Origin: Lama glama
Taxonomy: Eukaryota
Length of the DNA stretch: 64,000 bases
Direction: 5' to 3'
Assembly (NCBI GenBank): GCA_028534125.1
Contig: CM052817.1
Location: 27,778,001 to 27,842,000, forward strand
Below the pieces are notes generated by a model. It saw only the letters and a program-made list of their open reading frames with translations, did no database searches and was not told where the DNA came from. Below, piece by piece: positions 50,288 to 63,423 of the stretch (positions are counted from its first letter, which is position 1; each line of letters begins with the position of its first letter). Position numbers and translations under genes: made by a program.

Positions 50288-51269
50288 CAACTTGGAACCA
50301 CAGAGTATCATGTTCAAATCAGACCCCACTAGGAGAATGGTCTGGGTGGGATGATATCATAAAATAAAATAAAATTCAAAAATTCCCCAAATGGTAAGAA
50401 AAACAGAGCCTGTGTGGTAGACGGCCCCAGAAGGAGCAAGCACTTCTGTACAAGTGGCCTCTGACTGTCTGGGCCCGAGTTTTCACTTCTCCCTTGGGTT
50501 TCTTTAATTTTTTCCTCCACTCTTCCTACCAGTCTCCAAGGATTTGTAGATCTTTATTTCTTTATGCTGAGGCACAGACAAAAATTCTTTTCTTTTCCTT
50601 CCTTCACTCAGTATGTTGAAAAAAAAACCAGCTAAGAAAAAGCAAGAGGAAGAAGGGAGGGCAGAGGAAGGAAGTATCACCAGGCTGAGTATTCAGTGTA
50701 TGGGTCCCTGATCCCAAGGAGAATCTATCCCTCCCCCTAGATACTGGGGGTTAGGATGGTGGGCGCTGCTGGCAAGGCCATAGGCCCATGACTCTTTCCT
50801 CCCTCCTCCTGTCAGCTGCTGGTCCACAACATCATCTCCCTGCTTAAGGATGAATCCACTTAATTACCCTGCACCGTCAATATCAAAGGAAGACCAGTTA
50901 TGTGACCTTCAGGAAGTTCCCTAATCCTCAAGGACGTCATGCCAATTTTTTTTTAAGCTTCTATTTAGAGCTCTTGTTTCATCGGCTGAGCATCCATAAT
51001 TGATACCGCGAAAGCCCCATCCTTTTCACTTTGTTTCTCAGCTCCGCACATGGTTTAGTTGGTCTAGTTTACAAATGGTGGGAAAGAGCAGATTTCCAGC
51101 CATGGTCGTTGTGGCAGGACTTGACTTCCTTTTTTCCCTTATCTGTCTCCGGAGGGAAGTGTCTCTTTGGTAAAGAATCTGGGACTTTGTTGGTAAACTA
51201 ATGTCTTGAGGTTAAAATAAATAAATGGTCGATATTAGGAGGAAAAAAAGTCTTGCTTTGAAGAAAATG

Positions 51270-51448
51270 CTAGTGGTTCTTCAGCTTCCCCGCATGTGGT
51301 CCCCAAACCAGCAGCCTCACCATCACCTGGGAGCTTATTAGCAAAGCACACCCTCCCCAGGCCTTCTAAGTCAGAAACTCTGGGGACACAGTGGTCTGTG
51401 TGTTAAGAAGCCCTCCAGATGTTTCCAACACATGATCTGAGCCACTGG
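51270..51448. mobile_element. MER5A hAT MITE
   Basis: 'gtggtccccaaaccagcagc...catcacctgggagcttattag...tcagaaactctgggg...aagccctccagatg'. Confidence 0.7.
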
Positions 51449-51494
51449 GTTATGCAATATCCATGCTCCCCCCCTTTTTTTTTTCATACTAATA

Positions 51495-51908
51495 GAACCT
51501 CAGGGCAGCAATGTGCCCAGCTAAAAGGTAAGATTCCTTATCATCCTTGCCGTAGAGTTGGTTCAGGTGATAAAAGCAGAAGTCATTAGGTGAGGCTCTG
51601 GGAAACCTCATTAAAGGGGGCTGCCTCCACTGGCAGAAACACCCTTGTTTTTGCCCCCTTCCTTCTACTATCTGCCTGGAACTAGAAGTCTGGCAGCCAT
51701 TGTGGACCACAAGGTGACCTTGAATATGGATGTGACTAAGGATAGAGGAGCAGAGAGACTGAAAGAGCATCTGCCCCTGTTAAGAGGTGCTCCCATACCA
51801 GCCCTGACAGCCCTTCTTCAACTTCCTTAGGAGAGAGAGAGAAATCTCTATCTTGTTTAAGCCACGTGGGTTTTTTGTTGTGTGCCGTTGGATCCAGCCC
51901 TAATATAT
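51495..51908 (+). mobile_element. Old MLT1 (J/K-like) LTR fragment
   Basis: 'gggcagcaatgtgcccagctaaaa...gcagccattgtggaccacaaggtgaccttga...tatcttgtttaagccac'. Confidence 0.7.
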
Positions 51909-51917
51909 TTTGTATTT

Positions 51918-52133
51918 CAGTTGACCTTGAACAATGTGAGGGTTTAGGGGTGCTGACACTCAGCAATCAAAAATCTGCTGTAATTTTACAGTTGGCTCTC
52001 CTTCTCTGGGGTTCCTCATCCACAGATTCCACCCGCCTTGGTTCATAGACTACTGTAGTACCTATTTATCAACAAAACTCTGCCTGTAAGTGGACCCATG
52101 CAGTTAAGACCTGTGTTGTTCAAGGGCCAGCTG
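51918..52133. mobile_element. Tigger2a-like MITE
   Basis: Terminal inverted repeats CAGTTGACC(-)TTGAACAA ... TTGTTCAAGGGCCAGCTG, followed by TA. Confidence 0.85.
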
Positions 52134-54289
52134 TATTTGGATTACTTGTGTATTACCGCTCTGAAAAATATTAAGAGCTAAAAGCCTTCTCCAGAAACAC
52201 ATGGTAAAGGTGGGATATCATTCTTTAAGGTGAGGCATGGACATTGAAGGAAGGAATGAGATGGAGAAAAGATGGAAAGGACAGTGGGAGAATAAAGGAA
52301 GGTGGGGTAAGACCGGAGAAAGGGTCATTCTCAGATGCCCATCCAAGATGGGCTCTTCGTGGACTAGTAAACTGACTTCGTAAATGAAAGGATTATTTCT
52401 CACTGTCGCCTGGACTTAGATAAATCAGCTATTGCCCTAAAACAAACAGACTGCCAGAAATTTCTCCAGCTCATTTGGAATAAGCAGAGAATTGCAATGT
52501 CAGGTCCTTTAACGATTTTTCATTTAAAAAGGGGGAGATAAAGGATGAAAAGAAAATTGGAGATGAGGAGAGAAGGCAGGAAAGAATAGCGGGAAATAGT
52601 TGGAAGGGAATATAGCTTCTCTGTCTTAGAAGAAATCACAAAGCACAGCCCTTTAAGGGGAGAATCAAAGTTGCAAATCTTTTATTTTATTTTCTTAAAG
52701 GTCAGTTTGTAAATTAAGCAGCTAAAATATTCAAACTAAAAAGCCAAAGTAAATTACGATGATGAGCTCTTAATCTACTTAGATTTTGTTTTTCCTCCCT
52801 CCAAATGTAGAATTATATTTCACATCAACTTCCACCGAAATCCCAGCAACAGAATTGTTTTCCATGGAACCGAGGCTGGGAGGAGCTCTTATCACATAAA
52901 GTCCCCCAGACGGAGTCCTGAGAAGATCCTGTATGGGACAGTCTGATGATTCATATGCACGTAAGTTTAGAGAGGCGTTTTCAAATTAATTACAACAGTA
53001 GAAGAAAAGAATAGCTATGAGGAAAAGGGTACCTCTTCACCCTGACAGGGGCAGGACGTCAATCACGTGACCTGTTGAATCTGTAAACAAACAGCAGGGT
53101 CTTCATTGGAGATTGTGAGCTCAGATTGCCAGGGCCAAGTGGGAGGCCCAAGCAGGGGAGGGGAGAATCTCACCAATGGTCAGGAGGAAAGGAGAATAGC
53201 TCTTTCCTCTTCTAGTCTAATCCTATATCAGCTGCTCACCAACCAGAAGCATATACAGGAGGGAAATCACAAACTGTCCCTTTCCCCAGTCAGCCTCCAC
53301 TGCGGTTGTGACAAGAGATGGTGGCGCTCAGGATGGAGCAGTGCGAGCAGTGTAAGAATCAGGGCTTCCCGAAGTCCTGTCTTTATGTACCTTTTCACCA
53401 GCAATGAGCTGGAGTCTGGCTTGCCATCAGAGTCCAGTCACCCTATTCATTTCAAGATCACCTTGAGAATTTCCTAATGCCCTCAAATCAAGCCAAATTC
53501 TCAAAAAAGCTGCCAACTTAGACTGTAGTGTCTTCCACTGTTTTAATTAAGCTGTTCTAATTAAATTTCTCACCACCTCAGAGCATGTGGTCTGGGAGTC
53601 AGATTTAATTTGGTTTATTAAAATAATGTGCTGTTGAGTGAAATTTATATCTGTCTCCTTAGGTTTGTCTGGAGATGGTTCATTCTGAAGCCTGACCAAG
53701 AGGGGGCTTTTCCCTTCATTCTTCCCGCAGAAGCACAGGCAGGCTCCGGCGCTGCCTGCTTTAGCTCCCCCAGGGAAACACAGATGGAAGCCAGAGCAAG
53801 AAGTGAGGTGACGGCAACAAAGCCAGAGAAGCAGGAGGAAAGGCACGAAGACCTAAGGGGCTCTGGAGAAAGGGTGACAGAGGGGAAAGCCAGAGAGGAG
53901 ACACAAGGTTAAACCCAAGGGGAAGAGCTGAGAACCCTTCCATCACTTTCTGGGTTTTGTGTTTAGCCTGAGCGTCTCACAGGAAGGTAATTTCCGTTTG
54001 CTGAGGGACTAGGCGTTCCAGCCCTGCCACCACTGGGTGGCACTGGGTCACATGCCGATGCCTGGAGCCAGAGGCTGGGGCCTGTTGTGAGGCCGATTTG
54101 CTGCTTCCTTCTAGGGACTGGCCTTCTTCTCTCCTCCTTCCTTTGGCCCTTTTAGCTCAGAAGCTCCAGTGGGAGGAAACGTTACTCTTTCAGTACCCAT
54201 TTTATAATCCCAGGAAGGCATTCTGCCCGACCTTCCTTGGGCACTCCCGCAACAATAGCCCCCAACGTCCACCGACCACAGTGAGGACA

Positions 54290-54535
54290 GCAGCACTGTA
54301 CGGCACTGTAATTACAGTTAACAATACTCTGCTACGTACTTGCACGGCTAAGAGAGTAGACCTTAAATATTCTCACCACAAAAAAGAAATGGTAATTATG
54401 TGAGGTGATGGAAGTGTTACTTAATACTGTGGTGGTAATCATTTCAGAACATGTACTTGTACCAAATCAATTGTACCAAATCAGTGCTGTACACCTAAAA
54501 CTTGCACAGTGTTATATGTCAATTTTATCTCAACA
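54290..54535 (+). mobile_element. L1MA9-like 3' end
   Basis: 'gctaagagagtagaccttaaatattctcaccacaaaaaagaaatggtaattatgtgaggtgatgg...gttatatgtcaattttatctcaa', with an internal TTGTACCAAATCA duplication. Confidence 0.85.
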
Positions 54536-54589
54536 CAGAGGAGGGGAAAAGAGGTTTGGCAAGTTTCTACCCACACTCCTGAAACTTTC

Positions 54590-54812
54590 ATCCTCTGCTT
54601 TGAGAAGAGCACGCCCCGGGCAGCCGTCACTCCTTTGCTCTGGTCCAGGAGAGAAGGTCAACAGAGCAGACCTAAACCTGAAGCCCCGCCCAACCTAGCC
54701 AGCCAGAGGTCAGAGGTCAGCTGCACTGTGACTCACCAGCAGACCTATAACCATGAAATAAATGCTTCTAAGTTGCTGAAATTTGAGGATATTTGTTACA
54801 TAGATAATTACA
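54590..54812 (+). mobile_element. MLT1 3' fragment
   Basis: 'agagcagacctaaacc...aaataaatgctt...tgaaatttgagg...ttgttac...agataattaca'. Confidence 0.6.
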
Positions 54813-55009
54813 GAAGAGATCTAATGTACAAAGACCATGGCCAAGAATTACAGCCTGGATGATGGAGGAATGAAGGGCTGATTATAAACAGAGACTTGGA
54901 AAAGAGAAGCAGAGCAGATCTAGGGGACAGGAAGAGCAGCATGATTTTCATTTTGTTTTGATTTATAAAAAAATGATACAATTCTTACCTTAAGTTCTAG
55001 TGAGCTATC

Positions 55010-55545
55010 AGGTCTGGCCTTGGAATGGTACTCATCACTGGATTTCAGGGCCTTGCACGTACTCGGCACATCATAGATACATAATAAATGTTGGTTAAAC
55101 AAATGAGCAAGTGAGTGTGGAATAATAACAGGATATCCAAGAGGAAATTCTCTAGACAGAAACATGAATCAGATCTCAGGTAAGAGAACTGAATTTAGTG
55201 ATAATGGAACCATTAGTGCAGCAGTGGTGGTCAAGCTGTAAGAGGCTATGCATTCCGGAGGGGGAAGTGTAGGGACGGAAGAGTGAACGGCTAATGACAG
55301 GCCCTTGGGTGTCTAGTGTCAGAAGGTGGGAGGATTTAGTGGGGTCTGTGGGGAACACAGAGAAAGAACAATTGAAGAGGGTAGGGAGGGCGAGGGCTTT
55401 GTAGGGCCACTCAAACCAAAAGGTTTCAAGGGTCAGTAATGTCAGTCACAGTAGAGAGGTTGAAAAGAACAAGGCTGGGGAAGAGACCTAGAATTTCTCT
55501 CGAAAGGACATCATCAGTGGACTTAGAGAGAAATGCTTTCTACCA
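55010..55545. mobile_element. L2 fragments
   Basis: 'ggcacatcatagatacataataaatgttggttaaacaaatgagc' and reverse-strand L2-like sequence. Confidence 0.5.
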
Positions 55546-57416
55546 TGTGTAAAAGTTCGATTAACATCCAACAGAAAATATGTAAAGACAGCTGAAACAA
55601 GACAGACATGAATAAACTGTGGGGGCAGAGCTTTGTTGATTTAAGGCACCAAAATACCTGAAAGCAACTTTGGCTCTTAGGGTCATTGTCAAAAAAATGT
55701 CATATGAAGCTAGATGCGCAAAAATCATTTTAAAAATTGAAAAAAAATCAGACACCATCACCTCCCTCAAATACTCTGTATTTTTTCTCTTTTCATTCTT
55801 TTCCCTTCGGAAATAAAGAAAGCAGCTACAGAGAATTCCTGCAGAGAAAACATATTTCCATCTAAGCCAAGTATTTGGAAAGCAGAGGACAGCTAGCTTC
55901 GGCTAACAATGTATTAATTCACAACAGCCACACGCTTCATAAATAATAGCTGGATGTCAAGGGGAGCCTCTCCCGTGACCTAGAGCTGAAATGGTAGGTG
56001 GAGGGTGCAGTGTAAAGCTCGTTAGTAGAAAGGAACTTGGGTTTCCACTTTAAATGAGGATTCCTTACTTGGCCATATGGGGTAATTGACCAAAGAACAG
56101 TTATAGAGTATAAGGGATCCATTTGTTTGACAACAAGTAAGAATCCAATTTCACTGAGCTTCGCGATAGATGCTAAAGGAGTGATAAGAACGTCCAGCGT
56201 TTGTAAGCAAACTGATAGCAGACTGTCTGAGTGAGCGGCTAACTTCAGACAGACAGCCAGGAGGCTCTGAGAAAAGTCTCTGTTGAAACAACAGTAAGAA
56301 ATTCTACAGCCTAATAAATGCCGTTGGGAGAAAGGAGTTAGAAATAGTGATAGTTTAAAGTTCAATTATAATGAAATTATTAGTAAGTTAATAGTAATAG
56401 AGGAGGAAAGAAAACAGTAACTCCTTAAAACGGATTGACCAAAATATCCCAGAAGAGCAATATAACATACCCATTTGTTTTTTGGTTTCTTATCGTTATA
56501 AATGATGGACTATCCAAGCAACAGCAAACCCATTAATCAAGACTGTAAACAATTAAAATCTTTTTCCAGATCCGGGAAAGCATCAGAATGATCAAGACAG
56601 TGCCAAAAAAGGGAACATAAATTTCAGCCAGCTCTTTGGATCTGGGAAGTGTTTAGGCTACCCAGCCAAAAAGTCAGAGAGCAAAAAGTCTAAACTAAGC
56701 TGATAACAACTGATCATTAATTAGAACTGAAGCCAACTATCTCAGTCTCGAGAAATGTCTTGGCTACTCAGCTAAGAGCCAGAAAGCCAAAGGTCCAACT
56801 TGGGTTCATGATGATTAATCACAGGCAGAGCCACTGCCCAGAAAAGCCCCTGTTAATGAAGGGGCGCCTTTGAGAAGAAGCAGCCCCAAGAGAAGCTGCC
56901 AGGGACCCCTTGGGAAAAGAGAAGAGAAGATAGGGGACCTTGTTCACTCTGTTTGGGGGCTCAAACTAAGGCTGGAGCCCCGGAATTAATAACCGTGTAC
57001 ACCGAATTCCAACATTAAAAGGCAAACTGAGCATCTGATAACTCATCTTTACTGCAAGGATTTTTAAAAAAATGAGATTCTGGTCTTTGACTACTTTGAA
57101 ATAGGAGGAAAGTATAGGTAGGAAAGCGAGAGAAATAATGGAGATATTTTTAAATAAAAGGTGTCCAAATGGAAGTTAAATGTTGTTGGCACCAAGAGTT
57201 AGATACCAAAGGGAAATTTGTAAGAATGACAGTATGTGACAGTGGGAAGTGACTATGTTGGGATAATTTAGAGGAGATTTAAGAATTGGAGTCATTCATA
57301 ATCTCATGTATACTGATATTTAAATTCATTTCAACATCTATACAAAAGTATTTTCCCCATCTAATCAGAGAAGGCACAAGGACCTTTTTATGCACACATC
57401 CATTTTCTTTATAATA

Positions 57417-57585
57417 TCGTATTTAATGGATTCTAGGCTGCACCTTATTTTTACATTTAATATCTCTGAAGTCAGAATGTATCTTACAATCATGACATGT
57501 CACAATTTAATTGAAGATGTTTTTACTTTCTTATTGGTACCAAAACAATGACATTTCTTACAATCGATGCCACTAAATATGATGT
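57417..57585. mobile_element. MER104-like Tc2 DNA element
   Basis: 'cgtatttaatggattctagg...tttaatatctctgaagtcagaatgtatcttacaatc...cttacaatcgatg' matches recalled MER104. Confidence 0.7.
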
Positions 57586-57909
57586 AGTTCACGAATAGCC
57601 TCTGAATCGAGTGGTCCCCATGCAGCAGATGGGTGATTTGTCTGCACTTACGCCACCCCAACTCTTGCCCCTTGAGGTCTGAAATACAGAAAGTTGGAGG
57701 TGTTCCTGAGGACCATGGATGCGTACATAGCTAAACAGTCACAAGAAAGATTTGCATGTATCTAATACAGAGGGAACAGGGGCATTCTGGCCGTGCCCTG
57801 AGATCTTTGCACGCAATGCAATTTGTGAGCTTGTCAGCTCATTCTGTATGGAGTTCAGGTTCTTGGGAACACAGGGGAGAAGATGGGCTGCACTAGGAAT
57901 CTTCCTTCA

Positions 57910-58120
57910 TACTATATACTGATATTGTACTCAGGACTCATTCATCTCTCATAACAACACAGTAAAGGTGGCGCTTCAGTATCCTTCCCGTTTTACAGAT
58001 GAGGAAACTGAGGCTTCAACATGGTGAGTAATCTGCCAAAGGTCACACTGCTAAGTGTGGAGGCCAGTAACTAGACATATGTCCACGTGGCTTCAGAGCC
58101 TATGAGCTTAATCATTACAT
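57910..58120 (-). mobile_element. MIR SINE
   Basis: 'ttttacagatgaggaaactgaggct...tgccaaaggtcacactgctaagtg'. Confidence 0.8.
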
Positions 58121-59242
58121 CACCCTGACTCTACCAAGACAGTCTTCGGACAATACTTAATATCGATGATTCACAAGGACTGGATAGGAGATGGGGAGAT
58201 GGAAGAGAATGGAGAAAATCAATTTTGAACAAGAGGAGAAAGTAAAGGTAAGGAAAACCCTCACCCTCAAGTCTCGACACCGTCTATAATTGAGGGTTTT
58301 CATTCTAGGAAGGTGGCTTTGTGAATGGTGGGACTGGTGGCTCTGCGCCCATTGCTTCCCTATTCTTGTAGGCACACCTCAAGAACCTGAATGAGTCAAC
58401 TGTTCAGTCCCTGGGATTCAAATGGTGTGTAATAAAACCTGTACCACTTTTCCACCACCAGAAGATGCAAGTTCTGTTCTTCAAAAAGTTGATTAAAATT
58501 CTCAGTCTCTTAATTGTCCAGAGAAAGAACCACAAAGTCATTATATGCAAATCTGAACTGTGAACTGTGTGTGTGTTCGTTCAGAGATACACACCGTTTT
58601 AAAAGCTATAAAACATAATTGTTTGGGTAAGCTCTGAACATGTGTGATATTTCACAAATACCACTCTGATGTATCTAGGTTATGTTTACACATTTTAAGA
58701 CACATTAGGGTAATTTCCATGGGAAAAAAATGTGTATTTTCTCCCAAATTCTATGTCAATGGTAATTTTGAATGCATAAGTACATTTTTGGTTAAAGAGA
58801 ACATCATTGCCACTTAATATATTACTGGAGATATACACAGATGTTGTTTATGTTTGCGCTTTATGTAAATTGCCTTTCAGTGGAGAAGAAATGTATACAT
58901 AAGATTTCAACTTGTTATGTTCTACGTATTTAGTTTGTGTAGTTTGTTTATGTTTCACAGAAAGCAAATATAAGAAGGCGATAGAAAGCAGCATATTGCA
59001 TCAAGCTTTCTAGTAGTTTTAAATTAAGTGCCCTGCATTTGTTAGCCTTTACAAATGCTGAGGAATTAAGAGGCACTTGGAAGACTGTGTCTTCTCCTGC
59101 ACCCCACGGACAGCAGTTTCGGCAGTTAACTGGTCTTTTCTCTGAGGGCAGTCATTCCCGCCCTGGTTTCATTGCTTGTGATGTCTGTTCAGATCCCATT
59201 TCCATCTCACCATGTGCCTCCTGGGGTGTTGTCAAGTCCTAC

Positions 59243-60143
59243 CCACATTAGTGTCCTGACGCTACTATAACAAATTACTACAAACCTGGTGACTTCAAAC
59301 AACAAAAATGTATTCTCTCCAAGTTCTGGAGGCCAGAAATCAGTTTCATGAGGCCAGATCAAGGTGTCAGCATGGCTGTGCTCCCTTTGAAGGCTCTAGG
59401 GGAGAATCCATTCCTTACGTTTTCAGCTTCTGGTGGCTGCTGGTCATTCTTGACTTGTGGCCATGTATCAGTCCAACCTCTGCCCTGGGGTCATGCTGCC
59501 TCTCTTTTATAAGGACACTTGTGAATGGATTTGTGCTCACCCAGATAATTCGGAATAACCTCCCCAGGTTAAGATCTGTAATTTAATCACATCTGCAAAG
59601 ACTCTTTATCCTTATGTTGACCTTAAAAATAAAACAGCCAGTTTTCTTACCAGTTATTTTACCAGCAAAAATGGGTTTATTTGGGAATAGCAGAGAGTTG
59701 CAGTTCTGCGCAAGTATGCTATGGCAAAAACTACAGGCGAGTCTGGAGAGATAAAGGAGAGGACCATTCTTTTATAGGGGAAGGGGGGAAGTTGGGAGGG
59801 GCTGTTATAAATGGTTCATTGGAAGAAACTAGGAGTTCAAAGTGTAGTGGCTTTTCATTGGCTGAGTTGTGACAATCTCTCCTGGAGCGGCTGTCGCTGG
59901 GCAAGCAAAGAATCTTCCTTCCTCCTGCTTGGAAAGTAAGCTTCCCACTGGGAGTGGCAGGTTCCTCCCTTCCTGCTGGGGTCTGTAATTGACATTGAGT
60001 GGTAGCCTGTGAGGGCTTCTCCTTCCAGCCTCTCAGCTTCATTTTCAATGAGGTTTCCTTTATTCAATTTCACACTTACAACATGTGTAGTTTCCAGAGA
60101 TTAGGACCTGATATCTTTGGGTGGCCATTATCCCACGTCCTAC
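59243..60143 (-). mobile_element. MLT1C-like LTR split by a younger LTR
   Basis: 'taacaaattactacaaacctggtgacttcaaacaac...ttctggaggccagaa...aatcacatctgcaaagactct', resuming as 'gattaggacctgatatctttggg'. Confidence 0.8.
59615..60074 (-). mobile_element. ERV1-type solo LTR (460 bp) with perfect 4-bp TSD
   Basis: TG...CA ends, TSD CTTA at 59611-59614 and 60075-60078, minus-strand AATAAA (~59676-59681), TATA ('ttttatag') and CCAAT ('attgg'). Confidence 0.88.
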
Positions 60144-61109
60144 ACTGCTCATTCTTCTAACCCATCTCAAATCCCGCCTTTTCCATGAAGTAGGAAAATG
60201 GAAGAAGCTCTGAATTGGGAACCAGAAGAGCTAGACTCTAGTTCTGACTTAGAACTAACTTGCTGAGTTATCTTGGGCACCTCATTTCTTTGGATTTCAA
60301 CATGCTTGATTATAGGATAGATGAGTTAGATGCAATTTTGTGCCTTGGCATTTTGGGTGAGATAATCCTTTGCTGTGAAGGACTTTCATACCCTAATGCC
60401 AGTAGGGATCCCAGTCAATATGATAAGCCCCACCCACATTTCCCAGTGTCCGGGGATGGGGTAGGGGAATAATACTGTCCCAGCTGAGAACCACTGTAGT
60501 AGGGTATCTCTAATATCCCCTTTAAAAAGAGTAATATATTTATTGATCCTATTTCCCCTCGGTTTAGAAGTCAAGTGTATCATGCCAATTTAAAACAATA
60601 TTGGAAAACAAGTATCAACAAGAAATAATGCTATAAGCATTTTGACATTTTCCATCCAGTCTTTTTTCATCTATTTCTTTACACTTTAAAACTCCGATTG
60701 CCTCTCACTATATCTTCCATTTCATAACTTGTTACTCTAAATCATAAATATGAGCATTCTTCCATGTCATGAAATATTCCTCTGAGATGATTTCTAATGA
60801 AACTTAGAATTTCATCTATGGCATTAGTATAACACTATGAGTCACATCACTCTGACCCTGTGAACACAATACACCTTTTTTTCTTCTCCTGTTTTTTGCA
60901 CCATTTTTGCACCAGCTTATATTATACTTTTTGTTCTCCATTTTTAAAAAGAATGCATAAGATTATAAAATCACTGAGAGCAGGTACTGGAAAAATGCCA
61001 ACTTGAATAAAAATCAACTAAATATAGGAAGCACATAAAATATCTTTAAACACTTCCTTTCTAAATGGATGCTTTTTCCTGGTGCTGTTTTAGCCTGGAG
61101 GTGGAGATA

Positions 61110-61350
61110 ACAATAATAGTAATTAACACTCAGGCAGCATTTTTGTATGCCAGGCACATTCTAAGTGTTTGACATATACGAATTCATTTAACTCTTACAA
61201 TAACCATATTAGGTAGGTACTCTTAGAAGAAAACTGAAGCCCAGAGAGGCCAAGGAACTTGCCCAAGGCCACACAGCTAGTAAGTGGCAGAGCTGGGCTC
61301 TCAGCTCAGGTGGTGTGGATCCCGATGTCTGCGCTCTTCACTGCTACACC
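61110..61350 (-). mobile_element. MIR SINE
   Basis: 'tatgccaggcac...aaactgaagcccagagaggccaaggaacttgcccaaggccacacagctagtaagtggcagagctggg'. Confidence 0.85.
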
Positions 61351-61819
61351 ATATAGACTCTTGAACAGGCAACACCAGGAGAGCTGGGGAGGCCCTGGGA
61401 GCTAGGGACCTGCCTCTGTCTCTTAGGGATCTAGGACGAGAGTCAACCTGCACCAGGTGGGTGATGGGTTAAGCGTCTGGAAATGCTTCAGGTGCTTCTT
61501 CAATATTTATATCTATCCCAGAACACTATCTGCTTCTGAGGAAGAGGATACATTTAGATTTCTCTTTTATGTGTGAAGTCCTGAGTTATTTGGCAGACTA
61601 TTTTTAAATTTTTCTCTCTGATATTTTAGCACCCTGAAAGATGAGCACCTCAGGCTGTTGTGCAGCCAACCAGCTTTCGTCCAGCTCCTTCTAGAAGCAT
61701 GTAGGGGCTGGGGGGTGTTCCTCTGGCACCTATTGAGGAGTGGGTGTTTCCACTTGTCTCTCTAAGCAGCTCTTGACTGAAGTTAAGGGTGACATTCTCC
61801 AAACTAGGGAAATGGACAG

Positions 61820-61875
61820 TGTAGGGAGCAAAATTTGCCACCCCAAATTGTGTCATGAGGATTGATTTAGGCTGT
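61820..61875 (+). mobile_element. MER34-like LTR 5' stub
   Basis: 'tgtagggagcaaaatttgccaccccaaa' resembles the recalled MER34-group LTR start; the match is lost after about 55 bp. Confidence 0.45.
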
Positions 61876-62199
61876 CTCCTAGTGAGCCTGTGCGCCTGAG
61901 CTGTGGACCTCACGCGTGCTTCTCATTTGTTTTCTTTCCCCTTAGGAGGGACAGGACGGCTCCAGCCGCCTGGGACTGGGTATTTCTCTTCTCCTGGTCA
62001 TTTAGGTTCTGATAATGCCCCAGCAGGTTTGCCTCTGGTTAACTAGTCTCCCCCCAGTGCGGGCATTGTCAAGAGGGACAGGGCACTTTGGCCTGTTGCA
62101 AAGTGGTTTCTTTTTCCCGCTCCTGGTGAAGCTTAAGGGATTTTTCTCCCATGTTTACTGCAGGAATTCAGTTGAGCTCTTGGAGCTGTTATGCCCCCG

Positions 62200-62540
62200 C
62201 CCCAAGATGCCCCTGCCCCCCTTACCACTGAGTTCTTAGCTTCCAGAGTTGTCTGCATCCAGCCTCTAGCAATTCATCAGTCACAGTCCCAGTTTCCCTG
62301 CCACCGCCCTGGTTCCCCTGCTGGTTTCCGCTCCTGAGTCTCTGCTCCAGTAAGCTTCGACTGCCTGTATTCGCCTGTCAGTCTTTCCCATCTTAGGGGC
62401 AGTGTTTTGCCCTGTGTCCTCCCCTCTCTTACGGTCCAAGAAGAGTTGTTGGTTTTTAGTCTGTTTAGCTTTTTACTTGTTGTTATGACAGAATTGTGAC
62501 CGCTAAGCTCCTCATACATGGAATGAGAAATTCCAGAGGA
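62200..62540 (-). mobile_element. Old L1M 5'UTR fragment
   Basis: 'tagcaattcatca...tctgctccagtaagc...aagaagagttgttggttttt...tttagctttttacttgttgtt'. Confidence 0.55.
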
Positions 62541-62549
62541 ACAAAAGAA

Positions 62550-63400
62550 GTATTTCAAGTTCTGCCCTCAAGGAACTTATTCCCTAGATGGGAAGCCAGG
62601 CAATAGCCAAACAAACCTAGGCTAGACTCCCAGGTGGTGATGGCTCTTAGGAAGAAACATTAAGTGGCGGGAAGAGAGCCAAGTGGGTTGGGGGTAGGGG
62701 ACGGAGGAGGAGGGCGCCTATTTGGATGGGATGGCCAGGTGACATGCAAGCAGCGCCTGGGATGAAAGAGCAAGCCACGCGAACATCAGAGAAAGAGAGA
62801 TCCAGGCTGTTGGGACCTCATGAGCTTGATGTGGTCAAGAAAGCCAGTGGGACTGGAAAGTGATGGGGCAGAGTGACCAGAGGCCAGACTGGAGAGGGAG
62901 ATGGGAGGCAGATCTTGCAAGACCTGAACATACTGTTAAGAGAGGGACCAGAAGACAGTGATGGATTTTGAATCAGGAAGAGATGTGATTTGATTTCCAT
63001 TGTATACCTTTGTTATGGTGCCGTTTGGAGGCTGGATTGTAGAAGGACAAGGATAGCAGGAGCTGGGAGACGCAGGAGCCACTCCACTGGTCCAGGAGGG
63101 AGGTGCTGGTGGCTTGACTAGGGCCCTACAGAGCAAGTGAAAAATGGTCAGATTCTGAATATAATTTAAAAGGAAACTTGATAGGTTGGTTGTGGCAGTG
63201 TGAGAGAAAAAGAAATCAAAGACTTCCCCTATCGAGGGTAGGTACAAGTGGGGAAGGATGCCAAAGCAAAATCAAATCTTAAATTTGGTTTGCCTATTAG
63301 ATATCTAATTAAGATGTTGAACACACATTTGGACATATTAGTCAGTGGAGAGTTCCATGCTGGAGATCTAGTAGGGGGCATAGAGACATGGTTTAACCAC
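62550..63400 (-). mobile_element. L2 fragment
   Basis: 'ctgccctcaaggaactta...ggaggcagatcttgcaagacc...ggtcagattctgaatataatttaaaagg...gctggagatcta'. Confidence 0.75.
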
Positions 63401-63423
63401 AGGAGACTCACACCATCTTCTAG

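Noticed and set aside
55937..56365. 142-aa minus-strand ORF
   Set aside because: Non-ATG start and no recognisable homology.
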